Virus record (IMG/VR): IMGVR_UViG_3300018080_000015
Coordinates: 24,187-88,186 of that record
DNA length: 64,000 nt
Origin: a virus
Reading direction: 5' to 3' (one strand)
The notes under the pieces were generated by a model. That model saw nothing but the letters and a program-made list of their open reading frames with translations. It did no database searches and was not told where the DNA came from. A program made the translations under genes and the position numbers. Within the stretch, counting starts at the first letter, position 1, and each line of letters begins with the position of its first letter. Positions 37,504 to 47,060 of the stretch are shown piece after piece.

Positions 37504-39636
37504 TCATCCCTCGAAGTCCTCATCACTGAAGCGAAGAGCGTGGCAAATGTAGTATTCGCGCTTCTTCGCGAACTGCTTGAAGGGACGCACCTTCACGATC
37601 ACCCCTTCCATTTTCGAGCCGTCTGGACCAAAGCCCTTGGCGTTGCCCTCGATGAGCAGGATCCCCTCGCCTTTTTCAAACCGCTGAGTGTGCTTGTTGG
37701 GCATAGCATCCCATACGTCCTGCGGAATACCAGACGTGTGCCCGAGAGTCCCGAGGCACAGCGTGATGTGGTTGCCGTCTCGCTTCTTCCCGTTGCCAAC
37801 CACGACCACATCACCAGGCCGAATGCGTTTCCTCACGTACTCAAGTCCAGAATCGTTCGGAAGTTGGTTGATATCGAACACCCGCCGATCTGTGTGCGGC
37901 TTCCGGTTCGGGTGCTCCTTCGTCGGGCCCCAGTTCTTCCCCTCGCCGTCGAGCCAATCTTGAATGCGGGCTGTCGAGGCGAGAGCGAGCTGCCGGATGC
38001 GCTTGTTGAGGCGCCCCCCGAAGCATGCTGCCACGAACGCGCCGCACCAAGCTGACTGGCCGTTGCGCGCGTACCGATCAAGCCAGTGCCAGTACATCCC
38101 CAGCTCGTCACGGATGAAGCCGTCGATCTCCCCACAGTTCTCGCCCGGAGGTTCGTGAATGCCCTTGCGCCAGAACCCCAGCGCGCAATCGAGCGTCTGC
38201 CGAGTATACCTCTCCGCCTTTGGTACGATGGTGCCCGTGATCTCGACTGGGACCACCATCTCGCTCATCGAGAAGTCCCGCCTCGTGCGCCTGAGCTCAT
38301 CAACGGACCGCTTCACGAGCCGATCCAGTGCTCTCTCGGTAAGTACTTCCGCGAACGCGGGAGCCCCGTCGAAAAAGGCTGCGAGAGCCTCTACTGTCTT
38401 CGGCCCGTAAATGCCATCGATTTCTCCCACGTATTCATTGTACAAGAGACGCTGTATCGCCTTCACCGTGTGACTCTTGTTGCCCCGCACAGCGACGTTT
38501 TCGTTATCCAGTTTTGTCATGGTCCCGCTCCTTCGAAAAACAACCCCGCAGGGCTGCGTGATGGGCATGCCGTCGTCCACCTCCACCGTCGCGATTTCGA
38601 TCCGTGCCCATTCAGGCTTTGTTCCGTCGACTCGGATAACGTCGCGAGTGTAGGCGAGAGCGTCTGCGGAGACGCTGGTAGGAGCTCGACCGATAAACTC
38701 CTCCATGCTTTGAATGAGCTCCCAGCGCTCAAGGTGGTCGTATAGATTTTCATCACAGTAGGCGGTTTCAAGGATCTTGGTCTCCATGTAGTCGTTTCCT
38801 ACGATCTCGATGGCCTCATTGATGATCGAGCGCATTCCGCCAGCGCCGCGTGAGTTGGTCAGGCGAATGAGCCCGGCGAGGCTCGTCGCGAACACCCAGT
38901 CATACTGCGCCATCATCTCGAGCCCAGGAGGCGAATAGCTGGCCAGCCACTCGCGCACACAGAGCTTCACGATATCTGGATGCTGCGCGATCTCCCACCA
39001 ACCCGAGAGCAGCCAGTCGTAGCGCTCCTTGTAGGGCTCCTTGCCGCGTTGGATGTGGATGTTGGAGCGAATCCAGTTCTCGTTGACCATCAGGCCTGCA
39101 GCCTCTTCGCCCCAGGCCCACTTGGCGAGCTTGGGAGCCTCTTGCGCAATGGTCGCCAGGAGTTTTGGTGCTGTGTCGCTCCACCAGTGGGCGATGCCGA
39201 TGGAGAGCTCGTCCAGCGAGATCCAGGAGTCGGGGCTCCGGGAGAAGGTCACGTCTTTCCAGCCCGAGACGAGCAAGCACAGCCCGGCCTCGAAAGTGCC
39301 CGTGCTCGTGGTCTCCTCCCACGCAGGGCACTTTTGCCTGTAGACGTTGGGGCAGTGGTCGTAGCCCCACATCTCCTCTGGCGGAGGCACGACGTGCTTC
39401 GGCGGGAAGGGTGATTCGGTCAGACCGGGGCTTGAGCGCATCGCTTGGTAGGTGGCCGGGCCGATCTTGCCGTCGGCGTCTAGGTCGTTCGCCTTCTGCC
39501 AGCAGGTAACAGCTTCGACGGTGTCCGGCCCCCAGTAGCCGTCGAGCTCGACGCCCACGAGTCCCTGGAGCTCCAATGTCTCGTTTTTGTCGTAGCGAGC
39601 TTTGTTGTAGTCGATGGCTGCTTGGATTGTGCTCAT
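37504..39636 (-). CDS. Multidomain endolysin (PG-binding domains, possible lysozyme-like domain, CHAP-like peptidase)
   Basis: Repeated DGxxGPxT peptidoglycan-binding motifs; C-terminal WCGAFV...NHITL...IEGN CHAP motifs. Confidence 0.8.
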   Translation of the reverse strand: MSTIQAAIDYNKARYDKNETLELQGLVGVELDGYWGPDTVEAVTCWQKANDLDADGKIGPATYQAMRSSPGLTESPFPPKHVVPPPEEMWGYDHCPNVYRQKCPAWEETTSTGTFEAGLCLLVSGWKDVTFSRSPDSWISLDELSIGIAHWWSDTAPKLLATIAQEAPKLAKWAWGEEAAGLMVNENWIRSNIHIQRGKEPYKERYDWLLSGWWEIAQHPDIVKLCVREWLASYSPPGLEMMAQYDWVFATSLAGLIRLTNSRGAGGMRSIINEAIEIVGNDYMETKILETAYCDENLYDHLERWELIQSMEEFIGRAPTSVSADALAYTRDVIRVDGTKPEWARIEIATVEVDDGMPITQPCGVVFRRSGTMTKLDNENVAVRGNKSHTVKAIQRLLYNEYVGEIDGIYGPKTVEALAAFFDGAPAFAEVLTERALDRLVKRSVDELRRTRRDFSMSEMVVPVEITGTIVPKAERYTRQTLDCALGFWRKGIHEPPGENCGEIDGFIRDELGMYWHWLDRYARNGQSAWCGAFVAACFGGRLNKRIRQLALASTARIQDWLDGEGKNWGPTKEHPNRKPHTDRRVFDINQLPNDSGLEYVRKRIRPGDVVVVGNGKKRDGNHITLCLGTLGHTSGIPQDVWDAMPNKHTQRFEKGEGILLIEGNAKGFGPDGSKMEGVIVKVRPFKQFAKKREYYICHALRFSDEDFEG

Positions 39637-39686
39637 TTCGGTAGTCTCCTTCGGCTAACGCGATCACCTTGCGACCGCCGATGCCG

Positions 39687-40244
39687 TTACTCTTCTCTGT
39701 TTTCTCTTCGCTCACGTTGTTTCTCCATTTTCAGGGCTCGTTGGTGTAGATACTCCTCGACCCGGGACAGGGAAGGCTCATCGAAGCGGAGCTGCTCGTT
39801 GCTCAGTACGATATCATCCACCCTGGTTACGAGGAACTTCACAAGCTCTGCGGGCGGAGGCACCTGAACCAGCACTCGCTGTCTCTCCCAGAGCCGAGGA
39901 AACATTGTCAAGTCCAGATCACGCACGAAGTGCAACTCCCGGTTCTCGATCTGGTGGTCGTCAACGAGGCGGCGCCACTGTAGCGCGCTCGTTGGTGTCA
40001 TGGTGCTCACGTACTGCCCGGAGCGTAGCAGCTTCCATCCGGGCGCCAGGAAACCAATCTTGGTGCCGGAGTGGCTTGAGATCACCTTCAGCTCCACGCA
40101 GTGCACGCCCGAACGGACGACGTCAAACGTCCGCACACAGGCGCGAGCGTTATCCCGCCCCGCTCGCGCCTCGAGCTCTTTGTCGGCTGGCTCGAGCTCA
40201 AGGAGACGCCTCCTGCGCTCCGGACTGTCAATTGGCCGCACCAC
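39687..40244 (-). CDS. Hypothetical protein
   Basis: ORF with SD overlapping its neighbour. Confidence 0.5.
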   Translation of the reverse strand: MVRPIDSPERRRRLLELEPADKELEARAGRDNARACVRTFDVVRSGVHCVELKVISSHSGTKIGFLAPGWKLLRSGQYVSTMTPTSALQWRRLVDDHQIENRELHFVRDLDLTMFPRLWERQRVLVQVPPPAELVKFLVTRVDDIVLSNEQLRFDEPSLSRVEEYLHQRALKMEKQRERRENREE

Positions 40245-40710
40245 CTTCCTCCTCCTGGCACCTACCGTCTTTCTTGCGCTCCGGAAAGTGTCCTGTCTCT
40301 ATGAAGGTGTTCTTGCAGTCCATACAGACCAGGATCCCACCAGTGCGCCTCCGTTCGCGGCTCGGCTGTCTGCACCACTCACAGAGAAAATCCTCACGAA
40401 CTCGCTCGTTGCAGATTCTACAACGTGGGTAGTCAAGAGCGTCCGGATACACCCCCGCGTCGTGTTTGCAGTCCGAGTGGTTCTCGTAGTTGGGCGCATC
40501 CGGATCTGGCCCTAAAGGGTCCTCCTCCACGAGCTTTGCAGACGCAAGATAGTTGAGCGCTGCCGAGAGATCTCTAATACAGTCAGCCAAGTGACCCACA
40601 TCATCGGCGGTCAGCTGCTCGACCACATCAACGATCTCATGCGCGGCGCGCAAGAGCTTATCGTGCTGCTCTTTGTTCACGGTGCCTCCCTTACTTGCTT
40701 TTGGGGACAC
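40228..40710 (-). CDS. Zn-finger hypothetical protein
   Basis: CRIC, CEWC and CMDC motifs. Confidence 0.5.
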   Translation of the reverse strand: MSPKASKGGTVNKEQHDKLLRAAHEIVDVVEQLTADDVGHLADCIRDLSAALNYLASAKLVEEDPLGPDPDAPNYENHSDCKHDAGVYPDALDYPRCRICNERVREDFLCEWCRQPSRERRRTGGILVCMDCKNTFIETGHFPERKKDGRCQEEEGGAAN

Positions 40711-40809
40711 TACCGAGAACGCAGAAACGATCTCAATCGTTTTCTTCGGGGATCGGAGCCCAGGAAGCTACCTTGGCCGCGAGCTCGAGTTCGTGAAACC
40801 GTGCGTAGC

Positions 40810-41415
40810 TCATACTGTTTCCACCCCCATACCTTGCAGGATTGCGATGCACTGTCTCGAGGACTCACTTACAACGCCTCCGCGGCGGATGATGTGCGTG
40901 GAGGATAAGAGGTACTGGCGCACAAAGACAATGTCAGCTGGAGAGCACTTGTAGACTTCGAGCCTCTGAGCCAGCAGTCGGGGCTCCATGAGCTGCCCGT
41001 GGAGGAACCAGTGGAGCTCCATGTTGCACCGGAGCGCCTCGGCCTCGTAGCGAGCCCTGTGTGTCGAGCTCGAGAGGTACTTCCAGGTGTACTCCATCCC
41101 GAGCGTCTCGTACTGGACGATGTGCTGGAACTCGTGAGCGCAGCATCGAATCTGGGAGTCGAGCTCACGTGCGAAGTAATCCCCAGGCTTGAACGGGAGT
41201 GCCATGCGACGAAAGTAGGTCGTGGCGAACCTGGTCATGAACTTGTCGGAGTCCATGATGCCCATGAACTGGAGAAAGCGTCCGGCCGCTTGCATCTCCT
41301 TCGCAGAGCTCTTGTCTAGAATCTTGGTCTTGTGTTTGGCGGCCATCTGAGAGTAGAGGCTTGCGACGATAGCACCGCGGTCGGCGGGCTTCAGTTCGTG
41401 GAATCCGGTTGCCAT
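40810..41415 (-). CDS. Zincin-like metallopeptidase
   Basis: 'AHEFQHIVQ...YEAEA' HExxH plus distal E. Confidence 0.7.
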   Translation of the reverse strand: MATGFHELKPADRGAIVASLYSQMAAKHKTKILDKSSAKEMQAAGRFLQFMGIMDSDKFMTRFATTYFRRMALPFKPGDYFARELDSQIRCCAHEFQHIVQYETLGMEYTWKYLSSSTHRARYEAEALRCNMELHWFLHGQLMEPRLLAQRLEVYKCSPADIVFVRQYLLSSTHIIRRGGVVSESSRQCIAILQGMGVETV

Positions 41416-42045
41416 ATTATGCTTCCCCTTCGGGCTCAGACATCATGAGATCGACGATCGCGCACCTGTTCTCGGGCTCCACGTCGGCAAGTATTTCCTT
41501 GAAGGCGTCTTCCTGCTTCTTGCGACCCCACTCCATCCCAAGCTCAAGGAAACAGTCAAACAAAAGCAAGACTCCGATCGTGCTTCATGTGGACGAGAAC
41601 ACAGACCTACTCCGGATCGTTTTCGGGCTCAAAGCGCACGCCAAGCTCGGCCTGGATCTCTTCGTCCGAGAGCCCACACAGCCGCAGAAACTTCTCGGCG
41701 ACCTCCGGGGTTGAGAACCGGATCCAGGTCGGCTTGGCCTTGCACTTGTGGTACAAATCGTTGGAGACCTGCACCATCTTCTCGTAGAGCTTGCGGTCGA
41801 ACTGCTCGCTCACGCGGCCCTCCCGCACTGACACATCTCGGAAAGAGACTCGGCCAGCGCCTCGGCGTACCAGCGCTCCTCGCACGCGGTGGAGATGGCT
41901 GGAATGTGCATCGAGCTCTTTCGACCGCAGGCTGAGCACTGGACGGTCAGAAGCGAATCCGTCTCAGAAAGGTACTCTGCCTGCATTGGTGGCCGCAGCT
42001 CGTACTTGACGGCGCCGCCACATACACAGATGGATACTTTGGTGC

Positions 42046-42366
42046 TCATGGTCCCTGCCCCTGTTTCTCTGGCACGCACGTGTGAGAGGTGTAGGGCTCC
42101 GTATCTGGAGTCTCCTCTGTGTACTCGACGCACACCCACGTGCCGTCCAGCTCGTTACAATCGGTCACAACGACCCACTGTCCCATTGGGTCACACACTT
42201 GTGCCTCATTCGCGTTGCACCTGGTGTTGTGTGTCGTGCACTCCCTCGGAGGCGGAGCCGTGCAGGAGTAGAGAAAATGCCCGCCCACGAGAACGAACAT
42301 CACGATCAGTAGTATCACGAGCATGTCCTCTATGATCCCCCAACGCTTTGAACTGACCTGCAGCAT
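42046..42366 (-). CDS. Cys-rich membrane-anchored protein or lipoprotein (possible o-spanin)
   Basis: Hydrophobic segment then 'LYSC'; follows a TM plus coiled-coil gene. Confidence 0.45.
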   Translation of the reverse strand: MLQVSSKRWGIIEDMLVILLIVMFVLVGGHFLYSCTAPPPRECTTHNTRCNANEAQVCDPMGQWVVVTDCNELDGTWVCVEYTEETPDTEPYTSHTCVPEKQGQGP

Positions 42367-42417
42367 ACACCCCCTCCTTGGTTCCACTGTACGCGCCCGA
42401 GGCCCGTATTCAAAACC

Positions 42418-42873
42418 TTACTCTTTGAACTGTACCTTTCCAGTGCATTGCACCTTATCAGATTTTGGTGTGGGAAGAGGCCTGGAGCGAGCTTGATCAG
42501 CCACGACCTTCTTCATTTTCACATCCATCTTCTCCAGGAACGCAGGCTCCGCACTTTTCGTGAGCCTCGCGCGCAGGAAGACCACCTCCGCCTCGAGCGC
42601 CTCTATCCGGGCCGCGAGAATGGCTGAGGAGTCCTGGACAGCTCCTCGAGCATCCTGAACAGCTTCCTGGGCGTCCCCAGTTTCGTCGTCCACCTCTTCG
42701 ATCTGCTCCTGCGTCTCCCGGAGCTCGGCCCGAATCTCGGCGTACCAGCCTGCGAGCACCTTTCCCGTGAAGCCCAAGATGAGCAGGCACGCAGCGACGA
42801 TCGCCACGCGCTTGGCCCATTTATTCTGAAAGGCTCTGGCTATCGCTCCTTGCGGGGTCGTCGGGGTGCTCAT
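42418..42873 (-). CDS. TM plus coiled-coil protein (possible i-spanin)
   Basis: N-terminal TM helix then long coiled coil. Confidence 0.5.
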   Translation of the reverse strand: MSTPTTPQGAIARAFQNKWAKRVAIVAACLLILGFTGKVLAGWYAEIRAELRETQEQIEEVDDETGDAQEAVQDARGAVQDSSAILAARIEALEAEVVFLRARLTKSAEPAFLEKMDVKMKKVVADQARSRPLPTPKSDKVQCTGKVQFKE

Positions 42874-43253
42874 AGGGGATCTCCTGCTGTTCGGCCAACA
42901 AGGACTTGAGTCCCTTGAGCTCTTTCACCGAGTTGGCCATGAGCGACTGCTCAATCATCCAAAGGCGTTCTCGAGCGCTGATGTTCTTCTCCCAATCTTC
43001 TGACGCGGCCATCTCCTCTCCTGTGTCTACGCATCGATAGCGTGCCGAGCAATCGCGCCATAGACGGAGAAACACCTCCCAGGGGGACCACAACGTCCTT
43101 CCCACAGCGTGAGCACCATACCCGAAGGCACGGGTGCCTCACGTCCCCAGCGTACGGCTCCTCGGCGTACGCGAGTGGCTGCCCGCAGCTACAAGCCTCC
43201 GCATAGAGACCGCGATCGGCTAATGACACATCTACCTCCGCTTGTCTGTCCGA

Positions 43254-43859
43254 CTATTCGGTGTCGGATGGCGTTTCCTTCATCAAGAACGCCAGGCCCG
43301 AGATTTCCGCTTCTTTCTCGAGAGCGTCCATGACTTGAATCAGAGCCTCCCGAGCTTGTGCGTCGTCGGCCACCTCGGTGATGCCGGAGGCCTGAGCCAC
43401 GACAGCCGGGTCGATACCTTTGTTCTTCAGCACGTGGAGAAGAGCCGGGATGAACTGGATAAGCAGCGTCTCGGTGGGGAGCACCTGCTGCTGGGTCACT
43501 CGGCGCCGGATGGCTGTGACCATCTGCTTGCCCGTTTCCGGGTCGATGGTCTGCGGGTCGATGGTCTGGTCGATGGTCGTCGTGGTGACGGTTGTCTTCC
43601 CGCTGAGCCGCTCGAGCAGCGCCCGGAACACCTCTTGGATGATGTCGTCCTCGTCCCTGATAGAGATGTTCTTGAAGTAATGGATGGCGTCATCAGTGAG
43701 AATCCGGAACTCCTCGTGACGCTTGCGCCAGTTGTAGTAGGTCTGCGGGCTGATCCCGACGGCCTCGCACGCGGCCTTTGCCTCGCCACAGCGCCTCAGC
43801 ACGTGCGCGACCTTCCCGATGTTCTCTGGCGTGTACATACTTACTCCGCGAGCAGCCAT
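43254..43859 (-). CDS. Terminase small subunit (putative)
   Basis: N-terminal HTH 'YTPE...ACEAVGISPQTYYNWRKRHEEFR' and 'ALLERLSG..TVT' TerS-like pattern. Confidence 0.75.
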   Translation of the reverse strand: MAARGVSMYTPENIGKVAHVLRRCGEAKAACEAVGISPQTYYNWRKRHEEFRILTDDAIHYFKNISIRDEDDIIQEVFRALLERLSGKTTVTTTTIDQTIDPQTIDPETGKQMVTAIRRRVTQQQVLPTETLLIQFIPALLHVLKNKGIDPAVVAQASGITEVADDAQAREALIQVMDALEKEAEISGLAFLMKETPSDTE

Positions 43860-43903
43860 GATTCCTCCTGAGCTTGCGTGTCCCTGTAACATATCAGGAG
43901 AGT

Positions 43904-43951
43904 GAAAACGAAAAAAGGCCGAGCCCGAAGGCCCAGCCTTTTTTCGTTTTC
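43904..43951. terminator. Bidirectional intrinsic terminator
   Basis: GAAAACGAAAAAAGGC...GCCTTTTTTCGTTTTC inverted repeat. Confidence 0.75.
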
Positions 43952-43964
43952 CCGGATGATCCGC

Positions 43965-44219
43965 TTATCGCGGGCCGCCCCTCATGGGGATGCCTAGTCG
44001 TGCACCTCCCGCTCCGGCGAGCCCGGCCATGTTGGTTGCTCCCTGCCGCGCCAGGTTCTGGGCTTTCGCTCGCTGCGCGACGCGACGTTCACGTCGCCGC
44101 AACTCTGCCCGAGCGACGCCAATCCTCCCGCGCCGGCCAGTAGCCGGTGCCATCCCGGCCGCCGCTCGCGCCGCCTGCCACTGCGCCCTCTGCCGCAGCA
44201 AATCTCTTCCCCTTCCCAT
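43965..44219 (-). CDS. Small Arg/Ala/Gly-rich basic protein
   Basis: Strong SD (AGGGAGGT) and followed directly by the terminator. Confidence 0.6.
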   Translation of the reverse strand: MGRGRDLLRQRAQWQAARAAAGMAPATGRRGRIGVARAELRRRERRVAQRAKAQNLARQGATNMAGLAGAGGARLGIPMRGGPR

Positions 44220-44234
44220 GATCTACCTCCCTAA

Positions 44235-44529
44235 TCGAACTGCGTTTGGTTCGACCGGGAGCTTGCAGTAGGACTCCCGGCCTAGAGCCTCAAGGCTCGG
44301 TCAGTCACCTCCATCGTCAGACGGTCTCGCATAGGCTAGACGGTTACAGTATCCCGTCGCCCGTCGCGTGGACGGGAGAAGGGATGTCTGCAGCCGTCTG
44401 ACTACACAAGACACCTTGCGGATGCGTCGGTGGAAAGTCCTGAGACCTACCCGAAACACCATCAAGGCCCGTCTTGAGATGGATGTCCTTACTGCGGACA
44501 TGTAGTCCTCCTTCGGTGCACTACGCACC
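44235..44529 (-). ncRNA. Candidate structured RNA
   Basis: Dense nested stems, a possible pseudoknot and an alternative pairing (see findings). Confidence 0.5.
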
Positions 44530-44573
44530 AGACGTACCCAAGATACTACCCGGCGCGGCGGAAGTCCAGGACG

Positions 44574-44993
44574 TCACTCTTTTTTTGCAGCCCTCCCTTT
44601 CATCTTCTCCCGCTTTTTGCGGTCTGCCTCTGCCCGGGCCTTCGCCCTCTTTTTTGCCTTAGCAGCCTTCTTCTTCACGTCCTGCGCGAGCGACCTCTTC
44701 TTCTTCTTCAGCTTCGGCAGATAGTAGATCTTGTAGTGCCGGTTCAGAAAGTCAGAGATGTATTCGCAGTCGTCCATGACCAGCTCCCCATCCCTGGTAA
44801 GGAGAGCTCCTGCGCCTTTGCACTTCTTGCACGTCGATCCGTCCTCGAGCAGACCAGTCTCCTCGCAGTGCTCACACGGAAGCTCGAGAGGCATATCTGT
44901 GCTCTCGACGACCTCTCCTGACCCAGCGCATACCGGGCATACAATGGATTTTAGTTCCTGCTCTTCCGACTTCTTTGTTTTCTTTTTAGCCAC
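44574..44993 (-). CDS. DnaJ-type Zn-finger protein
   Basis: CPVCAGSG, CEHCEETG and CKKCKGAG repeats. Confidence 0.7.
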   Translation of the reverse strand: MAKKKTKKSEEQELKSIVCPVCAGSGEVVESTDMPLELPCEHCEETGLLEDGSTCKKCKGAGALLTRDGELVMDDCEYISDFLNRHYKIYYLPKLKKKKRSLAQDVKKKAAKAKKRAKARAEADRKKREKMKGRAAKKE

Positions 44994-45005
44994 TGAAGTG
45001 TCCTC

Positions 45006-45917
45006 CTACTTCTTCTTCCTGGTCTTGCGCTTCTTTGGTTTCTCCTCCGACGGAGCAGGTGGAGGCACATAGTGCGGGAGACACAGCTCCAACAGGCGGT
45101 CAGCCGCCTTCTCCTCTCCGAGGACCTGCCGCACCACGTCGGCGTCCTCCCCATCGAAGTACAGACGGATGTTGAGGGAGTTGGTCTCCCTGCGGATCAT
45201 CTCGCGCTCTTCTTTATTCTTGGCCTCTCTGATTCGCTTCTCTTGCTCACGAAGACGATCGGAAGCCTCAGCGGTCATCGCTGTGGGCGCTCGGTGCGCC
45301 TCGCCCACACTCGTCCCCATATCCTTCTGAGGCAACCACGCTTCATTGAACTCGTCGCCGGCGAGGGCCGCCGCGGCTGTCGCGTCTTCGAGGAGCCGAT
45401 CCATCTCGTCCTCGTCGATCATGAGGCTGTCCATGGCGTGGTCGAGAGCACCGAGCTCACGCAGGTCTTCGAACACCCCAACCATTAGTTCGTGGTCCTC
45501 TGAGCCGCGAGCGCGGTTGTGCCGAAGAGTGGCAATGCGCATCTGTTCGTCGGTCATGTCCGTGATGACCACAGGAATCTGCGGCATATCGAGAGCCCGA
45601 CCAGCTCGCCAACGGTGCTCACCATCGACAATCACGAGCTGTCCCTTGAGCTTACCCTTCTTCTCCTTCCGTACGACGACGGGCTGAGTGAACCCGTCTT
45701 CCATGATAGAACGGAGCAGAAGCTCAAAGTCATGATCGGTTTGGCGGTTCGGGTTGTACTTGTTCGGGTTGAGCTCATCTGTGTCGACGTAGGTGATCTC
45801 GAGCTTCTTCAGACGCTTTGCCTTCTTCGCGATCTCCTTCTTCGACCTGCGCATCAGGTTCGCGAGAACCTTCTTCTCATGCGTTTTGAACGTGTCTGTT
45901 GTCGTCGACTTTGCCAT
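45006..45917 (-). CDS. ParB/Srx-domain protein, IbrB-like
   Basis: 'YNPN...GFTQPVVV...IVDGEHRW...ATLRHNRARGS'. Confidence 0.85.
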   Translation of the reverse strand: MAKSTTTDTFKTHEKKVLANLMRRSKKEIAKKAKRLKKLEITYVDTDELNPNKYNPNRQTDHDFELLLRSIMEDGFTQPVVVRKEKKGKLKGQLVIVDGEHRWRAGRALDMPQIPVVITDMTDEQMRIATLRHNRARGSEDHELMVGVFEDLRELGALDHAMDSLMIDEDEMDRLLEDATAAAALAGDEFNEAWLPQKDMGTSVGEAHRAPTAMTAEASDRLREQEKRIREAKNKEEREMIRRETNSLNIRLYFDGEDADVVRQVLGEEKAADRLLELCLPHYVPPPAPSEEKPKKRKTRKKK

Positions 45918-45920
45918 CGA

Positions 45921-47060
45921 TCACTCCTCGTGGAATAGCCCACCTGGGCGAAAATCTTCTGGGTCCATTGGGGGGAGCACGGACTCCTGAACCTTTACTA
46001 AGAGCACCAACGGATCTCCGCTCCACATCTTGTGAGCTGCTTCTTTCCACGATGGAAGGATGGTGCATAGTCCGCAGTTCTTAGCCTGCGGTAGCTCTCC
46101 GGATGAATGACGTGCGTGCTGTGCTAGCGCCGCTTCAATCACTCCCGCGGATCGAAGAGCAATCCAGTCCGGAGCTTCCTCTACACACTCACGCCAAAAG
46201 CACTCTTCCCAGCTCTCGTTGAGCTTCCTACGAGGCTGAACGAGCTTCTTACCAAAACGCGCGGCATTCCTGGTACCCGGACAGCGCACACATAGCCTAT
46301 CGAACCACCGAGGCCAGGCCTTCGCGGCCGCCTCGAGCATGTCCGCCCCCTGTGGCACTGTTGTTACTGGTCCGATCCGCATGCGTGCGGCCTTGAAACC
46401 GAGCTTGTACAGAACGTCATAGGCCTTGTTGTAGTCCCACTTGAACTTAGCCATCGCCAGCCACACGTCCTTGTCGCGCCAATCATAGATCGGCTTCGCA
46501 GTGCGTATGCGATCGTGTGGCTTGGAGAGGAAGCCCTTCGACGAGTAAATGGACATCATCCTGTACCGAGACTCATCGATGCGAATACCGATGACCTGCA
46601 CAAGATGCTTTCCTGGAGCCGGAGGAAAGTTGTCGAGCCTGGACAACGTCTGCTGGTTGCACGCGTGCGAGTCAAACTGTGCAAAAACTGGTGGCTTCCG
46701 CATCCACTTGTCCGGATCCATCTCTGGGTCGAAGGTCCAATACCACGGGTTGGATCGATTCCAGATGTTCGGCTGTGCCATGTACGAGTAGTACCAATGA
46801 AAGTTTACGTCAGGCCGAGCCGCCACGCGCTCACAGTAGTCGAAGGTGCCGGGGAGGCAAATCTCTTCGTCCCGGTGCACCACCTCAACTGGTAGTCTTC
46901 CGGTGCGCTTCGCCGCCTCCAGGCATACGTGTAGGACACACGTGGAGTCTTTGCCGCCACTAAAGGAGACCACGACGCGGTGACCAGCCCGGTAGACCGC
47001 CTCCATGCGAGCAACGGCCTCTTCCCAGACGTTCTTTCCGAGCATTTTGCGGCGGCCCAT
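45921..47060 (-). CDS. PAPS-reductase family PP-loop protein, IbrA-like
   Basis: 'VSFSGGKDST', 'GIRIDESRYR', 'PIYDWRDKDVW...YNKAYD...MRIG'. Confidence 0.88.
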   Translation of the reverse strand: MGRRKMLGKNVWEEAVARMEAVYRAGHRVVVSFSGGKDSTCVLHVCLEAAKRTGRLPVEVVHRDEEICLPGTFDYCERVAARPDVNFHWYYSYMAQPNIWNRSNPWYWTFDPEMDPDKWMRKPPVFAQFDSHACNQQTLSRLDNFPPAPGKHLVQVIGIRIDESRYRMMSIYSSKGFLSKPHDRIRTAKPIYDWRDKDVWLAMAKFKWDYNKAYDVLYKLGFKAARMRIGPVTTVPQGADMLEAAAKAWPRWFDRLCVRCPGTRNAARFGKKLVQPRRKLNESWEECFWRECVEEAPDWIALRSAGVIEAALAQHARHSSGELPQAKNCGLCTILPSWKEAAHKMWSGDPLVLLVKVQESVLPPMDPEDFRPGGLFHEE

